From: a bacterium
GTDB lineage: Bacteria > Patescibacteriota > Microgenomatia > Levybacterales > UBA12049
Direction of reading: 5' to 3'
NCBI GenBank assembly: GCA_021791545.1
Contig: JAJYWL010000003.1
Span: 1-51,389, forward strand
DNA: 51,389 bases
Position numbers and translations under genes: made by a program
The notes under the pieces: model-generated
Told to the model about the DNA's origin: nothing
What the model saw: only the letters and a program-made list of their open reading frames with translations
Databases searched by the model: none
In this document: piece by piece, positions 17,990 through 25,678 of the stretch
How positions within the stretch are numbered: position 1 is the first letter of the stretch
Layout: each line of letters opens with the position of its first letter

Positions 17990-18504
17990 ATTTTTTTCAT
18001 TAACTCCTTCGCTCTTCTTATCCTTATAGACACTGTTCCCATCGGAATTCTAAGAATTTCGCTTACTTCTCCATATGATTTTTCCTCAAAATAATATAAG
18101 ACTAAAGGTTCTTTATATATTACAGGAATTTTATCAAGGCATTCATGTGCCATTTCCATTATTTCTTTCTTTGAAAAATTTTCTTCCAAATCTTCTTTAC
18201 TCTCGTAATTCAAATCCTCCCTTATAGGAAACTCTTTCTTATATTTATTGATCTTATTCATCGCTTCGTTATGTACGATTCTAAATATCCAGCTCGAGAA
18301 TTTCTTGTTAGTATTGAACCCGTTAAGGTTTTTATAAGATTTGATAAAAGAGTCCTGTACAACATCCATTGCTTTTTGTTCGTCGTGTATCAAAAACACT
18401 GCATATTGCATAAGTTTATCTTCATATCTTTTTACAAGATCTGAAAACAATTCTTTGTCTTCTTTCCGTATCTTATCAACAAGTTCCTCATCCGTTAACT
18501 GCAT
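17977..18504 (-). CDS. ECF-type sigma-70 family RNA polymerase sigma factor
   Basis: 175 aa. The region 2-like segment is DVVQDSFIKSYKNL...WIFRIVHNEAMN. The region 4 HTH is SYGEVSEILRIPMGTVSIRIRRAKELM. Confidence 0.85.
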   Translation of the reverse strand: MQLTDEELVDKIRKEDKELFSDLVKRYEDKLMQYAVFLIHDEQKAMDVVQDSFIKSYKNLNGFNTNKKFSSWIFRIVHNEAMNKINKYKKEFPIREDLNYESKEDLEENFSKKEIMEMAHECLDKIPVIYKEPLVLYYFEEKSYGEVSEILRIPMGTVSIRIRRAKELMKKICQK

Positions 18505-18554
18505 ACTATTATATTAATACAATTCATGTTTGTTTTCTCTTTCATATTTTACGT

Positions 18555-18579
18555 CAAAACCCCGTTCTAGAAACGGGGT
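18555..18579 (-). terminator. intrinsic terminator downstream of the secreted-protein gene
   Basis: The minus strand reads CCCCGTT-tctag-AACGGGG followed by TTTTG. Confidence 0.6.
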
Positions 18580-18596
18580 AGACGTATTAGCAAAAT

Positions 18597-18941
18597 TTAT
18601 CTGCTAAAATTTGGTCCCATACCAAGACCTAATCCAAGTTGTTCTCTTATTTGATTAGCTTCCTGGACTTTTCCTTGAAGCATCAGCTCGTGCATTTTTG
18701 CAAAGTCTGAAAAATTATCTTGGTTTATGACTCTTGAAACGTTTCCTCTTCCCTGCATGAGATTTTTCCATGCGTTATAGTCTTTGTTGTCAAAAGCCTG
18801 TTCCGTCTGGGTGTGTCTTTCCTGGGAATAGTTAGGACCGTAAATGCTAGGGTTTCCCCTATATGCGTCAGCTTGATTTGGTTGGAAAGCTAGTGCTCCC
18901 AAAGCTAAAGCTGTAATTCCTAACAATAATGTTTTTTTCAT
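18597..18941 (-). CDS. small secreted protein of unknown function
   Basis: Signal peptide MKKTLLLGITALALGALAFQPNQADA. The ATG at 18941 is preceded by AGGAGGTG, so the 6 extra codons in the ORF track are unlikely to be translated. Confidence 0.6.
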   Translation of the reverse strand: MKKTLLLGITALALGALAFQPNQADAYRGNPSIYGPNYSQERHTQTEQAFDNKDYNAWKNLMQGRGNVSRVINQDNFSDFAKMHELMLQGKVQEANQIREQLGLGLGMGPNFSR

Positions 18942-19035
18942 ATTTTCACCTCCTTTCAATAACTAATACATTTAAAAGGAGGGATTTGTTTCATGATAAG
19001 AAATATAGCTATAAACAAAGTGCTACAATTTAAGA

Positions 19036-19503
19036 ATGGAAGTTTTTATAAGACAGGCTAAATTTTCTGATCTCGAAGAAATATTAAGGTTAAATAAAGC
19101 ACTCTTTGATTATGAGGAAATTTTTAATAGTGAATACGATTTGAATTGGACTTATTCTGATGTGGGAAGAAAATATTTTAAGGAAAGATTGGAAAATAAA
19201 TCTTCGGTAATTTTGATTGCAGAGTTAGACAAAAAAATTGTTGGATATATGCTGGCTTTTATAAATAATTATCCTTTTCGTTCAAAAAATCCCATTGCTG
19301 AAATAGAGAACATGTATATCGATGAAAGATTTAGGGGGATTGGGACTGGCACAAAATTAATGGATGAACTTAAAAGAATCTTAAAAGAAAAAAAGGTTAA
19401 AAGAATTAAAGTAGAAGCTGTAGCGCAAAATTATAAAGCAATAGAATTTTATAAAAAGAACGGGTTTGGGGATTTCGACGTTACTTTAGAACTTAAGCTT
19501 TGA
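19036..19503 (+). CDS. GNAT-family N-acetyltransferase
   Basis: 155 aa. Acetyl-CoA binding motif RFRGIGTGTKLMDEL and the typical C-terminal A..FY.K.GF. Confidence 0.8.
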   Translation: MEVFIRQAKFSDLEEILRLNKALFDYEEIFNSEYDLNWTYSDVGRKYFKERLENKSSVILIAELDKKIVGYMLAFINNYPFRSKNPIAEIENMYIDERFRGIGTGTKLMDELKRILKEKKVKRIKVEAVAQNYKAIEFYKKNGFGDFDVTLELKL

Positions 19504-19547
19504 TTAGTATCTTAAAACTTATTTCTGATTAATCTGTAATAGAATCA

Positions 19548-20018
19548 TCAATAATTCAGTTTAAATCTTTTTTTAATAAAATACGCAATAATTGTTGCTG
19601 AAATTGCAATAATAACACTTCCTATAATATCCTCTGCATGATGTACTCTTGCCAACACTCGGGCTATTCCTATACATGTAGCAATAATTGTAAGTATTAT
19701 TCCAAGTTTTCGGTTATAAATAAAAACAACTGCGGCAATATTCATGGTTAAAAGCATATGATCGGACGGAAAGCCGTTATCAGCAGCATGGGCTATAAGT
19801 GGTTTTACATGTTCAACTACGAAGGGGCGAGGGTCGTAAATAATTAATTCAGTAATTCTTGAGATTAAATAAGAAAAAGGGAAAGATAGTAAGGAAAGAG
19901 CTAAGAAATTAAAAAAATTGCTTTTGTTCTTAAACCACAGAAAGGTAATATAAGCAAGAATAATTAAAATACTTGTAATAAAAAAATATTCTGCGGTAAA
20001 TACAATTAAAATATTCAT
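19548..20018 (-). CDS. PAP2-family membrane phosphatase (undecaprenyl-diphosphatase/BcrC-like)
   Basis: 156 aa and polytopic. PAP2 motifs PSDH (FPSDHML) and SR...H...D (ARVLARVHHAEDIIGS). Confidence 0.7.
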   Translation of the reverse strand: MNILIVFTAEYFFITSILIILAYITFLWFKNKSNFFNFLALSLLSFPFSYLISRITELIIYDPRPFVVEHVKPLIAHAADNGFPSDHMLLTMNIAAVVFIYNRKLGIILTIIATCIGIARVLARVHHAEDIIGSVIIAISATIIAYFIKKRFKLNY

Positions 20019-20162
20019 AAGGATTTATTGTAACAGAAATTTTTAGCTCTAACCAAGAAGATTCTTCATTTTACTCATAAAGAATGGGAAGATAGTTTTA
20101 TGAAAATAACATGAGAAATAATTTTCATTTAATTCTCATATGTTTTATGAGAAAATATTTTT

Positions 20163-21284
20163 ATGCCAAAAAACATAAAAAGCCATAAATACCATAAAAA
20201 AACAATTTTGTTGCTTTTTGTTTTAGGATTATCCCTTTTAGTATTAAATTTAAATAATATTTCAGGTTTTATTGCAGATTCTGTTATTCATCCTTTGCTT
20301 GGAGAAAAGAATACGCTTTTACTTGAATCCGTATATTTTGGTATTCAGGATAAATTTAATCAGCTTGAATATAAATATTTAGGGAAAAATAATCCCTCAT
20401 TTACTAAAACTGTTATTTCCAAAAAAGTGAAGCTTCAAAATGTCGATCAGATGGATCTTAATACTTTTACCTTGCAATTAAATTTACCCAAGATATCCGG
20501 TGAGGGTGAATGGACTCCAGTTTCCCAGATTTATTTTCCAAATCAAGTTATATTAGCAAAATCATTTATCCGTCCCGATTTAACACGCCCTTATGCAATT
20601 GTATATTTAGTAAAGATGGATATGAAAAAACTAGGTGTAGGTGTACAAGCGGGTACCTATTATCCTGGTGGAACACATCGAGTTTATGGTCCGGGTGTTG
20701 TACCGCTTGACATTAAAAACAGTAATTCGCTTCTTGCGGTTTTTAACGGCGGCTTTCAGGAAAAAGACGGCCATTACGGAATGATTGTCGGGAATAAAAC
20801 TTACGTTCCGCTTCGAAAAAATATGCCTACATTGTTGTTCCACGCAGACGGTTCTTTTTCGCTTATTACATATACAGGGCAAGAGATTCCTAAAGACGTG
20901 GTGGCACTTCGTCAAAACGGACCCTTTCTCATTGAAAATGATCGGGTTACGTCCTATGTGGAACTTGGTCCGGATACTTGGGGAAGAACGGTTACTAACA
21001 GCATGTATACCTGGCGTTCGGGGTTAGGAATTACCAAAGATGGAAATCTTATTTATGCAGTAGGAAACTCGCTTCTTCCCGGTACATTGGCAAAAGCTTT
21101 AATTGCGGCAGGCGCCGTTAATGCAATTCAATTGGATATAAATCAGCCTTGGGTTAGATATATAATCTACCAAAGTATCGGAAATGGGAAATATAATTCT
21201 GCACCTCTTTTAACCTCGATGAAAGGCGGAAAGGAATATTTAACGAAATACAATAAAGATTTTTTTTATATTTATAAAAAATAA
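20163..21284 (+). CDS. phosphodiester glycosidase (DUF2233/NAGPA-like) family protein with an N-terminal membrane anchor
   Basis: 373 aa. N-terminal TM LLLFVLGLSLLVLNL. Family-like segments AVFNGGFQEKDGHYGMIV and GAVNAIQLD. Confidence 0.55.
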   Translation: MPKNIKSHKYHKKTILLLFVLGLSLLVLNLNNISGFIADSVIHPLLGEKNTLLLESVYFGIQDKFNQLEYKYLGKNNPSFTKTVISKKVKLQNVDQMDLNTFTLQLNLPKISGEGEWTPVSQIYFPNQVILAKSFIRPDLTRPYAIVYLVKMDMKKLGVGVQAGTYYPGGTHRVYGPGVVPLDIKNSNSLLAVFNGGFQEKDGHYGMIVGNKTYVPLRKNMPTLLFHADGSFSLITYTGQEIPKDVVALRQNGPFLIENDRVTSYVELGPDTWGRTVTNSMYTWRSGLGITKDGNLIYAVGNSLLPGTLAKALIAAGAVNAIQLDINQPWVRYIIYQSIGNGKYNSAPLLTSMKGGKEYLTKYNKDFFYIYKK

Positions 21285-21334
21285 TCCTTATAAAGGAGCG
21301 TTAATATGCAATATCAAAGTTTTTTTCTTGACAA

Positions 21335-22129
21335 TTGGTTTTGGCGATCCTAACATTAATAACTGTGTCCATAAAATCTTTTTTAAATAAACAAACATCC
21401 CGTAAGGTTCCCCAGGTCATTTTATTATTTTGGGTTATAAAACTACTAACAACAGCCATGGGTGAGTCAACCTCGGATTTCTTGGTTCATACCATCGATC
21501 CCGTTGTTGCAGTTATTTTAGGTGGGATAGGGTTTGTGATTGCCATCAGTATTCAATTCTACGTTAAGAAGTATATTCCATGGGTATATTGGCTTACGGT
21601 TACGATGGTAGCGGTTTTTGGAACTATGGCGGCAGATGTTGTCCACATTGTTTTAGGCGTTCCTTATCTTATATCGACAATCTTTTTTTCTATAACTTTA
21701 GCCATAGTTTTTGCAATTTGGTACAAAAGCGAAAAAACATTATCAATTCATAGTATTTATATTCCCAGACGGGAAGTTTTTTACTGGTTGACAGTTGGGG
21801 CAACTTTTGCACTTGGTACAGCAGCAGGCGACATGACTGCAATCACGTTAAGCCTTGGTTATCTTAATTCAGGTATTATGTTCGGCATTTTGTTTATTTT
21901 GCCGCTTTTGGCACATAAATATTTAAAGTTGCATGAAGTTTTTACTTTTTGGTTTTCATATATCATGACACGTCCATTTGGCGCTTCGTTTGCTGATCTT
22001 TTTGGACGAACCCCTGATTTAGGAGGATTGGGATTTGGGACCGGAAAAACCAGTATTGTTTTAGGTATTTTGATAGTAATATTTGTTACATATTTGACAA
22101 TTTCTAAGAAAGACATAGAAGAAACATAA
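21335..22129 (+). CDS. integral membrane protein (COG4705-like, recalled from the motif KVP..I..FW.IK.LTT..GE..SD)
   Basis: 264 aa with about 7 TM helices. The start is uncertain (TTG 21335 or GTG 21365). Confidence 0.5.
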   Translation: MVLAILTLITVSIKSFLNKQTSRKVPQVILLFWVIKLLTTAMGESTSDFLVHTIDPVVAVILGGIGFVIAISIQFYVKKYIPWVYWLTVTMVAVFGTMAADVVHIVLGVPYLISTIFFSITLAIVFAIWYKSEKTLSIHSIYIPRREVFYWLTVGATFALGTAAGDMTAITLSLGYLNSGIMFGILFILPLLAHKYLKLHEVFTFWFSYIMTRPFGASFADLFGRTPDLGGLGFGTGKTSIVLGILIVIFVTYLTISKKDIEET

Positions 22130-22317
22130 AAATATATCTTCGTGTAGTTTGAATTTAAAGGGATTTCAGCAGTATTAGGCAAAACAAAGATTTTGTGTTA
22201 AGTACCCTCAACGCAAATACCATCGAATCATTTTTACCCTGGATTTTTAATCTAATGGAAGCTTATGGCTATAAACCAAAAGACCAATCCAGTGATGATG
22301 TATAATGTGCTGAGTAT

Positions 22318-22641
22318 ATGAATGATAATACAAACATAAAAATATTACCAGAAGACAAGATAAATCTTACTCAAGACCAAAAGAATTTAATTGAGCTAGC
22401 TTTTATAAAGCAGGTTCCACCGGAAGATGCTAGGTTTATGGAGAAAGTGCAAAAGGAAGCAAAAAGTGATACAGATTCTTTTACTCGATTAAGTCAGTAT
22501 TTTAATAATAAATACGGATTAGATTTTGGGACGATTTACCTGGCAGCTATCATGGGAGGAAGAGAAAAATACAACGAAACAGTTCAATTAATTGAGAAAT
22601 CAAAAGCCGAATCAAGGATTGCTAGTCTTCAAAAGAACTAA
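22318..22641 (+). CDS. hypothetical protein
   Basis: 107-aa ORF with a charged, helical-looking sequence and no recognisable motif. Confidence 0.4.
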   Translation: MNDNTNIKILPEDKINLTQDQKNLIELAFIKQVPPEDARFMEKVQKEAKSDTDSFTRLSQYFNNKYGLDFGTIYLAAIMGGREKYNETVQLIEKSKAESRIASLQKN

Positions 22642-22886
22642 GAGGGGAGTATTTCCGAAGCATCTATTTTTAATACCTTAATTATTTTATGTAAATTCTT
22701 TATCGTCAGGTTTATTTCTCCCCGCTCAATTTTTGCATAATAATTACCTTTACCTTTGATCTCTGCAAGTTTTGCAACTTCTTCTTGAGTTAGGCCTAAT
22801 TTTTCTCGAGCTGTTTTAAACTTACTGCTTAGTTCTTTATTAATGTTTTCTGAAGGTCTAGTAGTCATATAAGGATAGTATATCAC
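22638..22886 (-). CDS. XRE-family helix-turn-helix transcriptional regulator
   Basis: 82 aa. The HTH_3-like segment is LGLTQEEVAKLAEIKGKGNYYAKIERGEINLTIKNLHKIIKVL. It is divergent from the DGR target gene. Confidence 0.8.
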   Translation of the reverse strand: MIYYPYMTTRPSENINKELSSKFKTAREKLGLTQEEVAKLAEIKGKGNYYAKIERGEINLTIKNLHKIIKVLKIDASEILPS

Positions 22887-22891
22887 GTTTT

Positions 22892-22900
22892 TGCTATAAT
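22892..22900 (+). promoter_or_regulatory. extended -10 promoter element (TGcTATAAT) for the DGR target gene
   Basis: TGCTATAAT ends 17 nt upstream of the ATG at 22918. There is no SD in the short leader. Confidence 0.45.
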
Positions 22901-22917
22901 AATCCTGTATTGATATT

Positions 22918-24780
22918 ATGGAAAACGTGAGCCCAGAAAACCAATTACTTAAAAATAAATATGTTTTACATAAACAACCTGAAGTAGATGTTGCCGCAAG
23001 AAGAACACTTGCTCACACAGACGAGAAAGTTCCTCAAGATCCATTAGCTCGTATTCAAAATTATTTAGATAGGTTTCACGAAATTACAGACAGAACTGAC
23101 CCAAGAGACAGAGAGCATGGATTAGATGCAGCCAAAAGACTGTTATACCGAAAATATATCATAAAACCAGATGAGATCCCCGAAGGATATTTTGATAATC
23201 AGCGCCGCCTAGCAAGAGAATTAGGACATGGTGATATTGAGATAACTCCTCAAGCAAGAGAACAACTGACTGAAGTAATTATTGCAGATCAAAAATCAAG
23301 TTTGGATCTATGGGTTGATTACCTCTCATCTTCTGATGCTCCATATTCAGACGGACTTAAGTATTACACTCTACGAAGTGTTCTTTCAATGGGTTCTTAT
23401 GATAAAGAAAAAGGGAAATTCAGCGAAAGAGCAAAAGGAACAGTTAAGCCGTTTCCTGATTTAAATAGAGAAGCCTTAGCTTACGTCCTTGACGCACTAA
23501 GTAAGAAATATAAGGGGTATGATGTTGATTTATCAAAGATTGAGGAAACAGATAGGCCTCAATTTGAAAAACTGCTAGCTTCTGAAAACTTCCCAAAACT
23601 TTACGCTTGGGCGATTGATAAAGTTACCCCCGCAACTGCCGAAGAGTTGTCTGCAACAAATGGTAAATGGGTAAAATACGACCAAAATTCTGATCATATG
23701 CCACTTGTAAAGAGCTTGGAAGGCCACGGAACAGGTTGGTGTACAGCAGGAGAATCAACAGCAGAGGCTCAACTTCAAGGCGGAGACTTCTATGTATATT
23801 ATTCAATGGATAAAGCTGGAGAACCAACTGTACCAAGAATTGCAATTAGAATGCAGGAGGACAGGATTGCAGAAGTAAGAGGAATTGCACCAAATCAAAA
23901 CCTTGATGCAGGAGTTGAGCAAATTGTCGAAGATAAACTAAAGGAATTTCCAGATGGTGAGCTTTACAAGAAAAGGGTGGCTGATATGAAAACACTTACT
24001 GATATTGAAAATAAAGTAAGTGAAGGAGGCAATCTAACTTCCCAGGAGTTACGATTTCTCTATGAAATAGATTCATCAATTGAAGGTTTTGGTTATCAAA
24101 GAGATCCCCGTATTGAAGAACTTCGAAGTGGTAGAAATACAGACCAAGATATGTTAACAATTTTTGATTGTGAACCTTCAGAAATTGCCCACAATACAAA
24201 TCAAATCAATGAAAGTACTAAAGCCTATGTGGGTCCGCTTGAAGCAGGTATATTTACTACCCTGCAAAGATACGGTATTGAACATATTTACACAAAATTC
24301 CCAGAAGGAAGAATAAAATTTGATTCTGTAGCTGTAGGAGGTAAGGATTTAAATCAACTGCAAAGAGAGTTAAGTGAAAACAAAATTAATATTTCTTCCT
24401 ACGCTGAATATATGATGAGAACTGGTCTAAGTCTAACCGCAGGACAGAGTCAAAATCTTGATATAGTACGGTTAAAAGTTGGTGATTTAGGACTACCTGA
24501 CGACTATCCTACAACAGACAAAATATTTAAAAGAGCAAAAGAGCTTGGTCTAGAACTTTGTCCGGCAGACCTTGGACCAAATTACAGACTTCAATATAAA
24601 GATCAACCTATGGATGACTGGTTTTATGTTGGTATGAAGCCAATCGCCGACTCGGATGGCGATCCCTATGTCTTCCTGCTTTCTCGCAGTGTTGGCGGGT
24701 TGTGGTTGAGCTACCGTTGGGCTGTTCCAGACGACGAGTGGAATCCGGAGTACGAGTTTGTTTTCTCCCTTCGCAAGTAA
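22918..24780 (+). CDS. DGR variable (target) protein: 620 aa, no signal peptide, unrecognised N-terminal ~570 aa, C-terminal variable region
   Basis: The C-terminal 46 codons align with the TR and differ almost only at TR adenines. The TR-encoded peptide ...NNNWANPDNKWNPKNEFVFSLRK resembles the Asn-rich ...NPDNR..N.GFR ends of C-type-lectin-fold DGR targets (recollection). Confidence 0.85.
   Translation: MENVSPENQLLKNKYVLHKQPEVDVAARRTLAHTDEKVPQDPLARIQNYLDRFHEITDRTDPRDREHGLDAAKRLLYRKYIIKPDEIPEGYFDNQRRLARELGHGDIEITPQAREQLTEVIIADQKSSLDLWVDYLSSSDAPYSDGLKYYTLRSVLSMGSYDKEKGKFSERAKGTVKPFPDLNREALAYVLDALSKKYKGYDVDLSKIEETDRPQFEKLLASENFPKLYAWAIDKVTPATAEELSATNGKWVKYDQNSDHMPLVKSLEGHGTGWCTAGESTAEAQLQGGDFYVYYSMDKAGEPTVPRIAIRMQEDRIAEVRGIAPNQNLDAGVEQIVEDKLKEFPDGELYKKRVADMKTLTDIENKVSEGGNLTSQELRFLYEIDSSIEGFGYQRDPRIEELRSGRNTDQDMLTIFDCEPSEIAHNTNQINESTKAYVGPLEAGIFTTLQRYGIEHIYTKFPEGRIKFDSVAVGGKDLNQLQRELSENKINISSYAEYMMRTGLSLTAGQSQNLDIVRLKVGDLGLPDDYPTTDKIFKRAKELGLELCPADLGPNYRLQYKDQPMDDWFYVGMKPIADSDGDPYVFLLSRSVGGLWLSYRWAVPDDEWNPEYEFVFSLRK
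24641..24780 (+). repeat. DGR variable region (VR), including an IMH-like 3' end
   Basis: It aligns colinearly with 25102-25241 (offset 461). Codon-by-codon comparison shows 23 TR-A to VR-N substitutions plus one T-to-C (VR 24768) near the 3' end, where IMH and IMH* are expected to differ. Confidence 0.9.
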
Positions 24781-25052
24781 TTGAAATTTAATTTCTTTGT
24801 CACTTCGTTTTTTTTGAGTCTTTGTTTCTTTGATACTTTGATTTTTTCGTCCAGAAATTTTTGATATACTTTTTACAGATTGGTTTAATTGAACGGTTAC
24901 GGCTTTTCAAAACCTCTCCGGCATAAATATATTGAGAATGTAAGTTACTACGGTTTCTTACAGAGGATATATTTATTGTTTCTAAAAAAAGATAAACTTG
25001 GTGTTACGTGCTGGTTGATTTTATATCACAAATAAAATACAGCTTATTTTCT

Positions 25053-25068
25053 TCCGCCAATTGGCGGA
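25053..25068. other. 16-bp perfect GC-rich palindrome about 35 nt upstream of the TR
   Basis: TCCGCCAATTGGCGGA sits in an otherwise AT-rich spacer. It could be an RNA hairpin or a protein-binding site. Confidence 0.5.
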
Positions 25069-25101
25069 TTAAAAGAGCAGTGAACTAGATGGCACGTTTC
25101 A

Positions 25102-25241
25102 CGAAAACCGACTCGAATGGCAATCCAAATGTCTTCAAGCTTAATCGCAATGATGACGGGTTGTGGTTGAACAACAATTGGGCTAATCCAGACAACAAGT
25201 GGAATCCGAAGAACGAGTTTGTTTTCTCTCTTCGAAAGAAG
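25102..25241 (+). repeat. DGR template repeat (TR)
   Basis: Adenine-rich (AAC/AAT/AAG codons) invariant copy of the VR. The ORF-track entry 25089-25292 is just the open frame inherited from the VR. The 5' boundary is uncertain by a few nt. Confidence 0.9.
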
Positions 25242-25248
25242 GTCTTTT

Positions 25249-25278
25249 CCACACTTTCAATAGGTGTGGTTTTTCTTT
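25249..25278 (+). terminator. intrinsic-terminator-like hairpin immediately 3' of the TR
   Basis: CCACAC-tttcaatag-GTGTGG followed by TTTTTCTTT on the plus strand. The avd stop codon (25257-25259) lies in the loop. Confidence 0.5.
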
Positions 25279-25580
25279 ATTGGATTATCTAAGCTTTTCT
25301 TCCAACCCCAAAGCATTTTACCGATTTCATCAAGCCTTGTAGCTATCTCCTCGTATTGTTTATGAGAAATGAGTTTGCCTTCCCACGCTACAGAAACAAA
25401 ATATTTAAGAATATCTAATTTAGAAATACATTCAGATAGCTTGTGTGATTTCTGCTCTTTTTCGCTAAAATATGTAGTGTATGAAAGTTCTAAGAGATCA
25501 AGGAATATATTCTCAATCCTTATGCCGATTGCGTAGCGTGAAGATTTTGGAATATGCGGCAAGATATTAAGCCATATCAA
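25257..25580 (-). CDS. avd: DGR accessory variability determinant (Avd, four-helix-bundle protein); N-terminally truncated as called, and probably extends to the ATG at 25654 through a frameshift in the (TC)9 tract
   Basis: LPHIPKSSRYAIGIRIENIFLDLLEL...LISHKQYEEIATRLDEIGKMLWGW matches the Avd/TIGR02436-like pattern. The called start is a TTG only 10 aa before the IPK motif, whereas Bordetella bAvd has about 35 aa there. The frame stays open upstream to 25655 but contains no start codon. Confidence 0.75.
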   Translation of the reverse strand: MIWLNILPHIPKSSRYAIGIRIENIFLDLLELSYTTYFSEKEQKSHKLSECISKLDILKYFVSVAWEGKLISHKQYEEIATRLDEIGKMLWGWKKSLDNPIKKNHTY

Positions 25581-25619
25581 ATATCCCTCTTTGATACGAC
25601 AGAGGATTGTAGGATTTTC

Positions 25620-25638
25620 GAGAGAGAGAGAGAGAGAG
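25620..25638. repeat. (GA)9G dinucleotide microsatellite in the avd 5' region and the avd-RT divergent intergenic region
   Basis: gagagagagagagagagag read directly. On the minus strand this is (TC)n encoding SLSLSL. Confidence 0.95.
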
Positions 25639-25678
25639 TAGAAGGTCGTGTCATATTAAATATAATGATATCATCTCT

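Noticed and set aside
21306-21353. 15-codon ORF (MQYQSFFLDNWFWRS) with a good SD (AAGGAG-N7-ATG), considered as the true N-terminus of the 21335-22129 membrane protein via a frameshift in the T7 run
   Set aside because: An indel in the T-run does not join the frames, because the main frame has a TGA at 21329-21331. It may be a leader peptide, but there is no further support.
22231-22250. Second tRNA-like fragment (ACCCTGGATTTT versus tRNA ACCCCTGATTTT) near the proposed left element boundary
   Set aside because: It is a 10/12 match but is not colinear with the AGTACC core relative to the tRNA. It is most likely chance in AT-rich sequence.
25089-25292. 67-aa ORF (MARFTKTDSNGNPNVFKLNRNDDGLWLNNNWANPDNKWNPKNEFVFSLRKK...)
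   Set aside because: It is the DGR template repeat. Its open frame is inherited from the VR it templates. It has no independent coding evidence and runs into the TR-proximal terminator hairpin.
25613-25678. N-terminal extension of the RT through the GA tract (frame reads ...RERERERERESRRSCHIKYNDIIS before the TTG at 25679)
   Set aside because: The frame is open back to 25613 but contains no start codon. The (RE)n translation looks like a by-product of the microsatellite. The N-terminus ENLLISWQEFLKGKRKRKDVLEF already matches the usual beginning of DGR RTs.
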